Assembly (NCBI GenBank): GCA_030141605.1
Contig: JAQGDQ010000089.1
Location: forward strand, 310,001-374,000
Reading direction: 5' to 3'
Length of the DNA: 64,000 nt
Source of the DNA: Tubiluchus corallicola
Taxonomy: Eukaryota > Animalia > Priapulida
The translations under genes and the position numbers were made by a program. Below, in pieces: positions 14,805 to 27,582 of this stretch (position 1 is its first letter; the number at the start of each line of letters is the position of its first letter). The notes under the pieces were generated by a model that searched no databases, had not been told where the DNA came from, and worked only from the letters and a program-made list of their open reading frames with translations.

Positions 14805-15329
14805 AGGAAAACCGGACGCTTGATTAGACTCAATCTCATTTTAATTTACTGTCCAAAATATACATTTTCTTGCATATAAAAGTTAGCAATTGTTTATTAT
14901 ATTTGAATAATTAGCTTGGAAAGAAAATTAACGTCAACAGAATACAGCTGTCGCTTACGTCACAAACTAACCACAATTTGTGTAATGGTATCTTCCCTGG
15001 GCGTCAAACATGTTTGTGTAAGTGAAGATTGCTATAAGACGCTGATATTTCACCAAAATGGGCTCTACGTCACAGACGAACGATGCAGTTCATGATCATA
15101 CCCATTTGTCGGGCACGCGAATGTGACAAAAGACGCCATTGCCAGTCTTAGTTGATTCCCTTTATCTGCGCTTAGCTTTGAAAGTTTAAAAAAATTTAGC
15201 TATCCGAGGTAGTTATTTAATCTAAGCTTTGATTTAAAAAAAGCTAATGTAGTTTGCAATATTTTGCAGCATACTTTATTTTGCCGCATGTATTTATTTA
15301 TAATGTTTACACAGTCGTCATGTTTTCCT
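14805..15329. mobile_element. Kolobok/T2-type MITE, copy 2
   Basis: TTAA|AGGAAAACCGG...GTTTTCCT|TTAA with an intact TTAA TSD. Same family as 11717-12263. Confidence 0.82.
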
Positions 15330-17185
15330 TTAACATCACAGTTGTCAGGATCACTGCAAAAAGCTAAAATTAAAAGGGAATACAGGAAGACAATAATATT
15401 GACTAAAGATCTCGTGTAACAACCCTACATTAAACAGCCCTACTACCTTCTGAGTTCAGGTGAATAAAAAGGAACGCATAGCTTCTTTTATTGTAGCAGC
15501 AACCAGCAGTCAATGACATTCAAAACAGCGTAGTAAATGGTCCAATAAACATGACTAAACTTATACACCAGTCTGTGGTTTTGTACAGCAGCATCTGGCT
15601 AATTGTAATTCCCTGGGCCAAGAAACTCAGCCCGGACGAATTTAACGATGTTTTTGCATTTTGATTTCAAGCCAACTAGACAGGAATTATAGCGCTGAGG
15701 TAAGGAAGCCACGCTGAGGCTTGCGAAGTCCTTTGCCGTCGTACTATGTCAATGTCCTGTGCTACCCAGTCCAGCGACGAAATAAAAAAATAACAGTAAA
15801 ATCGCTTGTTGTAATCTGACAGCTCCATCGATAATTACAATAAAAAGAAACTACACTTACATTATTGTTACTAATGTGGTGGGTTTGTCACAGTTTTAAT
15901 AGAAAGAAGAATGATTTAGTTGCATAAAAACCTCCTAAAAATTCATTAAACATTAATAAACTGAGAAATAACTTTATTTTGTTTGTTAATTACAACAAAG
16001 ACCTTATGAAATTTTGTAAATACTGATGCGTCAACCACGTTGTTACAAAAACGTTTTAAAATGTCTAATAAATAAATTTTTTAAGCAAGATGACTAATAT
16101 GAATTAGTATATGGGTCAACGCTGATGCTGATGTGTTGCTATGGTTGAAGAAAACTTTTCAATGTATTTATAAGCAGGATAAAAACTTATTAAGCACTTA
16201 TTTTTAAAAGTAAATAATCTTTTAACAAAATTACTAATAAATCTCTATAAAGGTTAAAGTGTTACATAAAGTATCATATAGTTACTTTCAAAAACGTCAC
16301 AAATGAAATAAAACAACGAAGCTAAGTCGCAAACATTGAAAGCAATTAGAAGCTGAGCGGTGTTTAGTAGCCCTAGGTTGAGTCTACCGCGCCAGCACAC
16401 GTTCCTCAGTGATTAGCAGCCCCAGATTGAGTGTGCTATCCCTTCATGCACACGTTCCGCAGTTTTCGGTAATCTCGAGGATTTCGAGTGACTGGAATTT
16501 CACAGGGACTAAATAAGTGAACATGCTGGCATGCAGACGACAGCAAGGTTTCAACTTAATTACTAGACGTAAATGAGGATAGAGTCACTGCAGACGACAA
16601 CTTGCTGATGCGCGCTATTAGCCAACGTACTTAGAATGTTCAGGGTGGCACGTTCGGTTCAAGGAAATGAAGACCTGGGAAGATGGTGATGAAGTCTCAG
16701 GACTCATCGTCTTGGAAAAACCACTAAGTATTTGCCAATTAAAAGGAACTGCTACAAGAAACTGATAAATACCAAACGAGCGTGACGTCACTAGGAATGT
16801 CTGCCAACTTGTTAAAGGACCTCAAAGACCTTAAAAAAGGCCGGTTACAAAAGAAGGGTGGAGAATTCTGCTAAAAATGCAATGAAAAACGCCGAAGAGG
16901 AAGAGAAGAAAAGGTTCGTAAGGGTAGAGAGATAGGGTTTAAAAATATAGTGGGTTTACATTTTATAATATAGAGAGAAATTAATATAAAGACAATGAGA
17001 AAGAGGTGGGTGGGGTTGGTACAGCTGAGAAAATTCCTCCAACTGAAACATACCTAAAACACACGAAAGAAGTCTAAATGAACAGTTTATACACAATGGA
17101 GGTGGAACAAATGCAAGAAAATGATATGAAGCAGGAAAAGAAACTGAAAGAAAAGAGCAAGAAAAGGCAGGAAAGCGGCGATTAG

Positions 17186-17187
<2 letters not shown>

Positions 17188-17226
<39 letters not shown>
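17188..17226. repeat. (GA)n microsatellite
   Basis: Read directly. Confidence 0.95.
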
Positions 17227-17229
<3 letters not shown>

Positions 17230-17998
17230 AAGCAAGAGAGAGAAAGAGATGAAAGAAGAAGCCATAGAACCATGCAGAGAACACTCGGAAGCGCTTGGAC
17301 AGAATGTCTAATACTCTTTGATGGGTCTTTAGGCTTTCAGCATCTAAATAGCTTCATCTAGTTAGAAGCTCTCGGATTCTGAACGTGGCTTCGCGCCGTT
17401 CAAAACCAACACCACATGTCTGCCCTCTGCGCTGCCAATTAGGCACACATGTCTCGCTGAACCCAACAAACTATGCAGTATATTCCGCCTGGGGAGGACG
17501 TTAAAGAACAGGGATGGGGCTGCTCTTCTCACGTTATAACAGAGATCAGCAACAGCTCTTTTTGAGTATGAAAATAACGATTTTATACAAAGTTTCTTAC
17601 CAGATCTTGACAGCTTTTGGGTGGAGTCATTCATCCTCTCCCTGGTGGCAGGATTCTGAAGAACCGCCCAATATTTATACTTGTGTCAGTGTAGAGATCA
17701 GGCTGTGGTTTCCCTAGCATGCCTGGTTGAGCTAACCGCCAAGGACACCCGCCAGACTCCTGCAGAAATGTCCGACGTGCGAACACAACAGAGGTGATAA
17801 GATACAGGGAGGTTACTGTAAATAAGAGTGTAGGGAGGTGTGAACACAGCACAAAAGGCGGCGTGAAGCTATGTGAACAAGGCATAAAAATTCATGAACC
17901 CGAAACGAAAATAGGGGCAATGCGCGTTTTTTGTCGTTAAATATCTTAAAGAATTTAAGAACCGCAGTTTCACTAAGTAAGGAAAGACATGTGCAATA

Positions 17999-18471
17999 TG
18001 TTGGTTTTGTTGTAATAAGAATAAAACCTAAAGACATACAAACGGTTACAAACAAATTACAAACGACATACAAATGATACAAACGAATTGAAATAAAGAG
18101 CAGCAAGTTCCCAAGCTGAAGAAGTATAAGTTGAAGTGGCTTCCTATGAATCTATGCACCTGGACTTGAAAACTTTTGGCATCACATTATGGCGGGTCAA
18201 CTGATGGTCATGATAGGACAGCCAATCATGTGGTGAGGAAAGCGACAGCCAATGAGATGAGGAGTTTTCTAAGCCTGGAATGCGATCAGAAAGTTATGAG
18301 ATTTTTATCATAAGCCGAGATTTTTATGGCGTAGAGAAAGTTGATACTGACAAGCTGTTATGAAATCGAAAGCACTTTGCTTACTATTGACTGCTAATCC
18401 TTGGAGTGCCCTTAACCTATTTAGCCCCTTACTAAATTTTATTGTAAATCAAATAAATTTGTTACGTAACA
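17999..18471 (+). mobile_element. Solo LTR (BEL/Pao-like), 473 bp
   Basis: TGTT...AACA termini, perfect 6-bp direct flanks GCAATA, two GACAGCCAAT boxes, and AATAAA near the 3' end. Confidence 0.7.
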
Positions 18472-18662
18472 GCAATAGCTGTTAGCCATAATGTGTAGCA
18501 TAGCCACAATAGCGTACAATTTAAAAAAAGTCGAAAAATTGCGGATTTGGTGGATAAGTTGAGGTATGAGTCTGGTGGGTGCAATAAGCAATGCTCAGCA
18601 GTGAATGCGAGGCTAATCTATGCCTAGGCTAATGCAAGCCTGAAATGTAAGCAATGCTAAGT

Positions 18663-18835
18663 CACTGCCGGTGCAGTAACTCAATGCAAAGCTACTTGGA
18701 TAATAAGTAATGCTACACTGCTGGTGCAGTAACTCAGCGCAAGGTTATGCTGATTAATGAGCAAGCCACACTGCTGGCGCAGCAACACACTGCAAAGTAA
18801 CGTTGATTAATAAGCAATGGTGTACTGCTGTGAAC
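18663..18835. repeat. 53-bp degenerate tandem repeat, ~3 copies
   Basis: CACTGCYGGYGCAG recurs at 18663, 18716 and 18769. Confidence 0.8.
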
Positions 18836-19414
18836 GCAGTTCAGACAGTTTCAGTACATTTTTCGAAAAAGATGCATCCTAAAACGGCTACAAATACTTG
18901 TTCTATTAAGAGCTCTGGTCCATTCCTTCTCAGCATGGTACTCTGGCTGCGCATAAAATCTCAGTTACTATTTTAACACCTGACTTCTTAAAACGTAATC
19001 ACTGGTATGTGCCTGACTGGCTGAATTGGGTTAGTAAAATGCTTAGCTCTATGTAATCGAGAACCTCTTATCATCCAACCGGCTTGCAAATAATTTTTTC
19101 CGTATGTTTGTTCCCAATAAGCAGAATGCATTTATTATTGGCGCACGCGACTCCCCGTAAACAGTTTTTTCTTTTCCGAGAGAAGCAAATAGATAATCGA
19201 TGCGAGCACGTCCTACTTGTCAGAAAAAAAATCAATCATCCATATCCTCAAATCTGATATAAACAATGAGCTCTGAACAAGGACGGATGGTAGCAAAATT
19301 GACTTCCATGTCTTCTATTGCACTTGTCTGCATCTACATTTATAATCATGCAAACAGGCAAATTTGAAACGTGTCGCTGAAGGAACGCAACAAGTAGAAA
19401 GACTGGAACATGTA

Positions 19415-19634
19415 AAACATCCTTTTAGGAATAGACCAACAATAAAATAAACTGTATATAAATATCATATTGCTTTAGTATAATACAAATTAGCACATGC
19501 TGAACGATGTTGGCAATAAGCAGTAGGTAATCCTCTCATATGAATAACATTCGTGGAATTACTATATGAAGCTATGTGCAATTTGGTATTGTAAACAGTT
19601 TAGCTTATTGTTGGTCCATTCCTAAAAGATGTTT
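19415..19634. mobile_element. MITE / foldback element with ~57-bp imperfect TIRs
   Basis: AAACATCCTTTTAGGAATAGACCAACAATAA... pairs with ...TTATTGTTGGTCCATTCCTAAAAGATGTTT. TSD is unclear. Confidence 0.7.
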
Positions 19635-20608
19635 ATTACCACATAACAGTAGTAACATCATTATTACTTATTGTTACGCTACTTATTATTAAAGTTACTT
19701 ATTTACGCACTACATGTGAGCCAACAGGGCAACATAGAAGTCGATAAGTAGCCACAAGAGATTACTGCGCCCTTTTCCCGGCAAGGTACATGTTGTGCTA
19801 CAGGTAAGCTGATTGATTCGGGTAATACAGGTAAGCTCGCAAGCAATATTAGCAAACACGGCTTACGCGCCTACCGTATATAAAGACTGACCCAAGGTCA
19901 TCCGACAGATCGTCCTGTACAAATCCGCCAGCGCCCGGATATTCCATGCCGGCACCGTTATCCGCTCCGCCCGATCGTTGTGCGCTAAATTAGTATCTTA
20001 ACATGACAATAGCGGCTCCACGACGTGGGACCACAAATGCACAAAACAACTATTCAGCACCATGTGAGAAGGCTAATAATTACTGGTAGGAAAGGTAAAC
20101 ACAAACAATGCAGTTCCGATGATTGCTACACATGTGCCGAAAGTAATTAAAGGAAAATTTAATGTCACGTGAGTTAGTGTTGAAGTTGTTTAGAATGTGG
20201 CTAGACGCGACTCTTGAACACACAGTAGGCAAACCTGAGCAGAATTTATCAAATGTAATCGTGCGCATGAGTTAAACGGTCACATAATAAACTTATAGTT
20301 TATAGTATTTCAAAGGTGAATAATGCAGTAATTGAGAGGCTATATTATTAGATTCGGTGAAAAATGTGGCTAAGTGTACTTGTGTTTGTTCGGTTGCTAA
20401 CTTAAATAACATTGTGCCAGGGTAGCGAATGGATCTGTGACCACTGACCACCGGAAAAACTGCTCCCCGGTGATTTCATTTGCCACACTGCCCTGACAAT
20501 GCACTGTTGTAGAGGAAGGAAGTGCCTTTGCTCAGATCTGGTTCATTTCCGCATTACAAAGTTATTAACAAATTCATTATTATTAATTCATTCATTATTA
20601 ACACAAGT

Positions 20609-21113
20609 TAAGTTAGGTTCCAACACAATTAACTCCCGTCTTCAAAGTACGCACCCCATATAAAAATGCAAGTGCTAATCACTTCAATGCAAAATCCCAC
20701 TCAAATAGCATGAATCAGTGCAGTGCAAAGCACTATACTCATGGAGCAGCAGTGTACAAGTATAAGTTAGGTTCCAACACAATCAACTCCCCTCTTCAAA
20801 GTGCACACCGCATATAGAAATGCAAGTGCTAATTACTTCAATGCAAAATCCCACTCAAATAGTATGAATCAGTGCAGTGCAAAGCACTATATTCATGGAG
20901 CAGCAGTGTACAAGTATAAGTTAGGTTCCAACACAATCAACTCCCCTCTTCAAAGTGTACACCGCATATAGAAATGCAAGTGCTAATTACTTCAATGCAA
21001 AATCCCACTCAAATAGTATGAATCAGTGCAGTGCAAAGCACTATATTCATGGAGCAGCAGTGTACAAGTATAAGTTAGGTTCCAACACAATCAACTCTCC
21101 TCTTCAAAGTGTA
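20609..21113. repeat. 154-bp tandem repeat, ~3.3 copies
   Basis: GTTAGGTTCC recurs at 20612, 20766, 20920 and 21074. The later units are nearly identical. Confidence 0.95.
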
Positions 21114-22530
21114 CAAGATCCTATAAATACGCATCAGCAATTCTTATTCCCACGCGTGCATCAGTAGCGTGCAAAGCCCTATTCTCCCAAGCCTCCCCTC
21201 AAGCAGCCGGGCACCGCTAGTATAATTCGGTGCGTTCAAAAGACCAGTTACACTCTTCGAATAACTTAGAGAGCACACACGTATGGGCTCGGAATAGCTG
21301 ATGAATCCGAGAACCAGATGTTTCCGGGTCATAGTAACTTTGTGAAAACAGGCGAATGCCGTGCCAACTTTTCCGTATTGGACGCAAGGCATTTTATACA
21401 TGTAGTACATAATTATGTATCCTAATATGAAATTGCAAAGCACATGCAATTGGTCTGCTTGTATAGTGTTTTTTTTTTGTATTGGCCCACTTATGCATTT
21501 GCAAGGGAGAACAATTTCTGGCACGTTTGCAAAGGAAAACAAGATTGTGAAATAAAGCGTTTATTATTATTATTCTATGCCACTAAATGTACATTCCATC
21601 ATTGACATAAGTACTTACACTTTAATAGGTTGCGCTGAAAGGTTCGTTTTATTAAAAGTTGTGACGAAATGTTCGTTTGAACGAAAAATTTGCTAATACG
21701 AACACTTTAGTATCAACACTGACTAATATTGTTTACATTTAATCTTGTATTTTTTTATTTCAGTGTATTTTATTCCATTTTGTGTGGTTTTAATTACTAG
21801 AATTAAAATTTAAATTGCACTGAATTGAATTAATATGAGCCTCTTTGATGCCACCATTTGATTTGCAGTACAAGCCATTGCAACTTCAGATATAGTATCA
21901 GCAATAGTGCTGACAGCATCAATAGTGGTAAAACTGAAGCAGACGAAATTACAGACATCGCCAGTAGCAGACAAACATGCAATGGCAGAAGCCATTACAT
22001 CAAAAGATCAACTATAGCAATGACGTTTGTGGCAACAGCAGCGTCGGCAGTGGTAACACCAAAAAGAGAATTTACCGGGTCGGGCATCGGCCTAGCATGG
22101 TGGTCGGTTTATTGATACTGGGATACTTACATGTGTTTGTCATCGAGCCGAGTTGAACCAGAACAAGCAGCCCAGCCATGTTTACTGTAAACATTTGACA
22201 TTGAATGTATATGAACAGAGAGAATCTACTTAGACTAATGATGCAAGCTGCATGACGATACAGTGGCGAAACAAGAGCTTATCACACTTAGTAAGGGTTT
22301 GTTCACATAATACGCAACACTAATGGTGATGTCGTTTTCCGAATACGAAATGAGCAACTTTTTCCCACCCTGTTCTGTTCAATTGTTTGTTGCATATTCT
22401 TTAAGTTAATTATCCATTTAACTACGTCACAACACATGAACATGCCTTGTATTTTCATATTAATACTGTCTGTTTCTCATGGTCTTCTAGAATATAGTGA
22501 AGCTACTTCTAGGGGGAGAAAGATATATAC

Positions 22531-22584
22531 AGAGAGGGAGAGAGAGAGGGGGGAGAGAGAGGGAGAGAGAGGGGGGAGAGAGAG

Positions 22585-22620
<36 letters not shown>

Positions 22621-22622
22621 AG

Positions 22623-22719
<97 letters not shown>
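22531..22719. repeat. (GA)n microsatellite
   Basis: Read directly. Confidence 0.98.
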
Positions 22720-25249
22720 CTGGCTTTCATTATTGGCCGTTTCAAGTTTTCAAGTTTCATATAATTTGTTTTTTATATAATCATATTTATTTAATTTGAT
22801 AGTATCGGAATTAGTAATGAAGCCAATAGACTTAATTTAATTCTGTTTTGATTAATTTATGCTTGAAAGCCAACATGTAAGTGGCAAGACTTTGAGGGCA
22901 GGCTTCGTAAACTAAAACCCAAAAGATGGCAAATGAAGATGATTTGATTCTAAAGAACGAGTTTTGTAAGGACCGGATTGACGAACAACCTAGTTCAGGA
23001 AGTCACCTAACCAGCAGTACTGCAAAGAATGTGAACGATGCTCTTATAGACTCAGATCCAGCAAAAAATACACGAATAAAGGCGCCAAAACAGCAGATGA
23101 TTCGAAAAGTTAATTAAATTCCTTGTTCTCAACTGTGCTTCTCCTGGGGCAATTTCACAGGCACATGGAAAAAACCTGTAGGAGTTCGGAGCCTGGTCAA
23201 GGTCAAGCAGCACACTGATATAAATTGATTTTGTCGTTCTTTAGGAGGAAAAAGCTTTTCCTAGGCAATTTCGTGGGGCACTTGAAACCTCAAGGTAACC
23301 AGTTGGCTTCGATAAATTATAGCGAGGATGCACTAATGTTTGGAATGGTAACCAAGAACGTTATGCCACCAGTAGACAAAATATCTACAATGAACTGACT
23401 TGAACTTTATTGATCCAGTGTCCTAATAATTTAAAGTAATGTGGAGGACCAAACAAAAAGGCAGCATTCATTTACTTTGTAAAGGCATATACGCTAGTTT
23501 TTATAATAACATCAATTGCTTTTTGCTTATTCCATATGGACAAACGTTCCGTTCACTTTTTACTCATAGCTTGACAAGCCTTTAAAGTTTTAATCTAACT
23601 TATGTACATTCTACGTTCAGACATAGATGCTTCTCTCGCAACTTGTTATAGCGTGTGAAGCGGCTTGGCAGCTTCTCTCAGAGAGAAGATGCTGAACAAG
23701 TTGCGAAAGAAATCTATACATCTAAACGCGCCTTTACAGACTCTGCAACCTTAGTTTTACTCGGATTGCCTGGATACATCATATAGCAAATCATAATGTT
23801 ATGACTCATGGTTTTACTGACTAGACATCCAGGCTACTCGTTTTTGTAGTAATAATTACACAAGATGAACATTTATGAGACACTCAAGAAACGTGAAAGA
23901 TTAGTGAGGGCGAAGGCTATGCCACATGACGGAATAGAAAATGGAAAGGATATGAGAGTTGCGAAGAGGTATACCACGGCGGCTTGGGAAGGTTACGAAG
24001 AAGAAAAGATAATCGACTTTTTTTGATAAAAATATATGATACAACGTGACAGGTTACACTTATACAACTAATGGGTAAACAAAAACGCATGTTCATTTAT
24101 TGATTTTCATTAAAGTAAGAAGTATGTCAAAGATGAATTAAATAAAGACTTACAGGGAAATACATTTTAACTGGCAAACGGTAGAATTTGACCATTAGTA
24201 CGAACTGAACTACGATTTAGGATTTCCAGCTATACGTACGCTAGCACAAAAACTATGTTTGCAGATTGTTCAAAACCATATAATTTCATAATGAAATGTG
24301 AAATCGACTCATTAAAAATCCCAACCTTCAACTCATTCTATTTTTTCTGGCATATTCCTTATTGCATTCTTACAGAGCTCTACGAAACACCCAAATTACA
24401 TAAAACGCTCATTGTAAAACCTGGGAAGACTTGCAAAACGCGAATGTTCTTTTTTGTTTGAAAACGAGTGTCAAGTAATCTAGGTATTACGCAGTCGGTT
24501 AAAAAATCACCAACAAAGACGAACATTTTCTCTTGAAAGCAATTACATGTTGTAAATTTAAAGAGTTTGAATGCTTTTCACACTAATAGTCAAGGGTTGA
24601 ACTTAGCAGGTACTACAACAATATTACGCCACTTAACCTTAACTGGGGATTAAAGTGTTCACAGTATTCGTGTGTGTGTGTATGCTGCTACAAACAGCAT
24701 TAAGGGTGCAGTCTCAAATGTAATTCAAAAACTCTAATGTAACAAAGAACTTGCGTATCGAATTAGCTATCGTCCTCTACCCGTGTACATGCCTACATGT
24801 GCAGTAGATATGCACTAAGCAGCTTTTTGAACATAGCGGTATGGTATAGATGCACAAAATTTTGGTTCAATTCTTCCGGAAAATATAAAACCCGACGGAG
24901 TAGGTTTTTGCACCACAAAGTACTTCAGACGCAGAAAAAAGCGCGTGTAGATGGTATCTTGCATCATCTATTCCGCTTCTTAACCGCTATTAGCAGCCGA
25001 ATTTATACAAAAAAATCTTAATCAAATTCCAGGGACGCGCACGTGCTTTCAATGTGTGGCTATCAAATCTCTGAACTGGATGGGTAAAAATGGCACCAAC
25101 CACTTGTCTACAGGTTGCCCACATTAACAGAGAGCTGCTCAGGAAGATAATGTTAATGTTAGTCGAATAGGAAAGGATGACTGCTTCCTTAGATAAAAAG
25201 TAAATTCCAACAGCTGAGCTATCACAAGGGCTACCAAATTATTCATAGA

Positions 25250-25570
25250 GAAGTTGATGTTGATTTTGACAGACTTTTTAGCCGTCTATCTTGCAATAGA
25301 ACAAGGCAAAATCATTCTCTGAAGCTTTTCGTGTGCTAAAGTATCATCTGGTCAATTTTTCTCAGAGCGAGTTGTACCGATTTGGAACTCCTTGCCTAAA
25401 CATGTTGATGGTACACCCCCTCGCGACTACTTAAAATATTAGATTATTTAAAAGCCCTTAAATAAAGTTAACTTACATAAATTTCTTGCACTTTGTATCT
25501 TCACCAGATTCTTGTAAATATTGTATTTGCAAGCATTTCGCCAACACGTTTTATACTTATTGTTTTTATT
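25250..25570 (+). mobile_element. CR1-type LINE 3' fragment
   Basis: FFSERVVPIWNSLPKHV at ~25356-25406, followed by an AT-rich 3' UTR. Confidence 0.7.
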
Positions 25571-25574
25571 ATAT

Positions 25575-25876
25575 TGTAACGGATCCGGGGTCCGTGCGCG
25601 GATCCGCCTCAGGATGTATAAAGCGGCATACAAGTTATGAAGTACTACAGCAGACGAGAAAAGTAAAAAGAATACGAATGTAAAATAAACTTTGTATAAA
25701 AATCAGCAAACCTACAGCATTCACTCTTACAGACAGAAAGGCCAGGTTGGAATCGTCAAATTACGGCGTGCATTCTGGGCTTCTAGACTATTATACAGAT
25801 ACATTTGCATTACTGGGCTTCTCGACTATACCCATTACTAACATTATGGGGTTAGTCAAAACCCGTCTTCGTAACA
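25575..25876 (+). mobile_element. Solo LTR (Gypsy-like), 302 bp
   Basis: TGTAAC...GTAACA termini, perfect 4-bp TSD ATAT, and internal TATAAA followed by AATAAA. Inserted in the tail of a CR1-like fragment. Confidence 0.75.
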
Positions 25877-27367
25877 ATATTTTATTATTAGTGTGAATAA
25901 AATAAATAAATGAAATATTATATTTTATTATTAGTGTGAATAAACTAAATAAATGAAATAAACTGTGCAACCAAACTTTATTCATATAAATCATTCTGAC
26001 AAAATTCAGTTTTGAAAGCTCCTCCAAGAGACATTGCAAGCATGTAGCTAATAATATGAACACCATTATTAAAAATACGAAGCAGATTTTTAATCAAACT
26101 TCGTTTCCCACCTCAACGACATTAAATTTTCTCTGTAGGGCTAGATTATTGCTTCATGATCATGTCAGAAAATGGTAGTTTCTATGTCAAATGTTGCAAA
26201 TTACACAGTTTGTGAAATATAAATAATTTGTTCACTAGTCTTGAAAGAAAAAACACGAAAAGCTGTTCTGGAAATCAAAAAGTCTTGTAAAAACTTCTAA
26301 TGATCGCTACTGTGTTCAAGCTACGCGTCTGAATTTCTCTAAAATACAAGAATTTGTGTAATAATCTTGTTTAGATAGTATATAAATTTACAGCTTCTAA
26401 ATAATGAACATTACTATGAACCGGTTACACGTATCACAAACGTGTTAGGAAAAATTACGGTTTATAACCACAACCGCTAGAAAGAGGTTTTCCTCTTTCA
26501 AACACGGGTTTTCACAACACACGTCAGGGCAATTTTTTCTTTGTCATTGTGCCAAGGTTTGGCCAGCACCACCCGCCAAGCACTTAACAAGGGACTCTTT
26601 TGTAGGAATTAAACTCCCGTTTATACGTTTCAGTGACTTACTACTAGTCAGAAAGTTAGGCAGAAAGCAAAAAGTGGGTATGTGGTAAGTTCTAGCAAGC
26701 TTGTAATCTACACACTGAGAGTAATGCATGGATTGTAACAGATGAATGCATTCTCGAAGCTCATTCTGATCAAATTATTTTAAACTCAAACATCGACTTG
26801 ATGAATCGGCTGCAGCTTTGAAGCGGCAGTTTCTAAAGAATTCATTTTGCTGGCATGTAAAGAGTTATTTGCATATTTATTCGCTATTAAGCAGTGTGTT
26901 ATCAATGTTTACAACGCGTTAATACAGTGGAAAAAACATAATACTGGCAGAATATCTCATCAATCTATAGCTTTTGCACTGTCATTCAAAGAGGCGCGGA
27001 AGAGGCAGAGTGATAGCAAAATGAGAGAAGACGACGATAAATTTGTCAAACTAAAATAGAAAAAATAAGACACAGAGCTTGTTCACACTGAAATCTCTTT
27101 TCATTTATAACGTACATAATTATACAGATAACCAAAGTGTTCATAAATTAATTTTAAACATAAACACCTGAATGGACTTTAATAAGCAAAAGCTGTAGAA
27201 CTAAATGTTGAGTACTTCCCCAAGTTCTTTTTAAAGTTTGCACCCAAGAGAAAAAACATGCTTATAGTCTAATAAGATTGGTACCTATAAATGTAATTAT
27301 AAATGTCCAGCTTTTCCAAGGACAAGACTAACAATACTTTCACCTTTCCCGAAAAACAAAATATTAC

Positions 27368-27518
27368 GGAAGGAGTTTACAATTCCCCATACAATTTAAA
27401 TACCCTAACCCAGCCCGAACCCTAACCCTAACACAACCCCTACCCTAACGCTAACCCTAATCCAGCCCTAATCCGCTTCACGAACTAATTTTTGCGTGGG
27501 GAATTATAAACCTTAGCC
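27368..27518 (-). repeat. Mini-element with TTAGGG core, copy 2
   Basis: Same outer ends (GGCTAA...TCCTTCC) and internal inverted repeats as copy 1. Confidence 0.75.
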
Positions 27519-27582
27519 AATCATTAGCATGTGCTATAGCATACAAACGTGCATAAAGAATCAAAGATACATCTTCCCTTAC

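Noticed and set aside
22436-22799. ER/RE-repeat and LS-repeat ORFs
   Set aside because: Artefacts of the (GA)n microsatellite.
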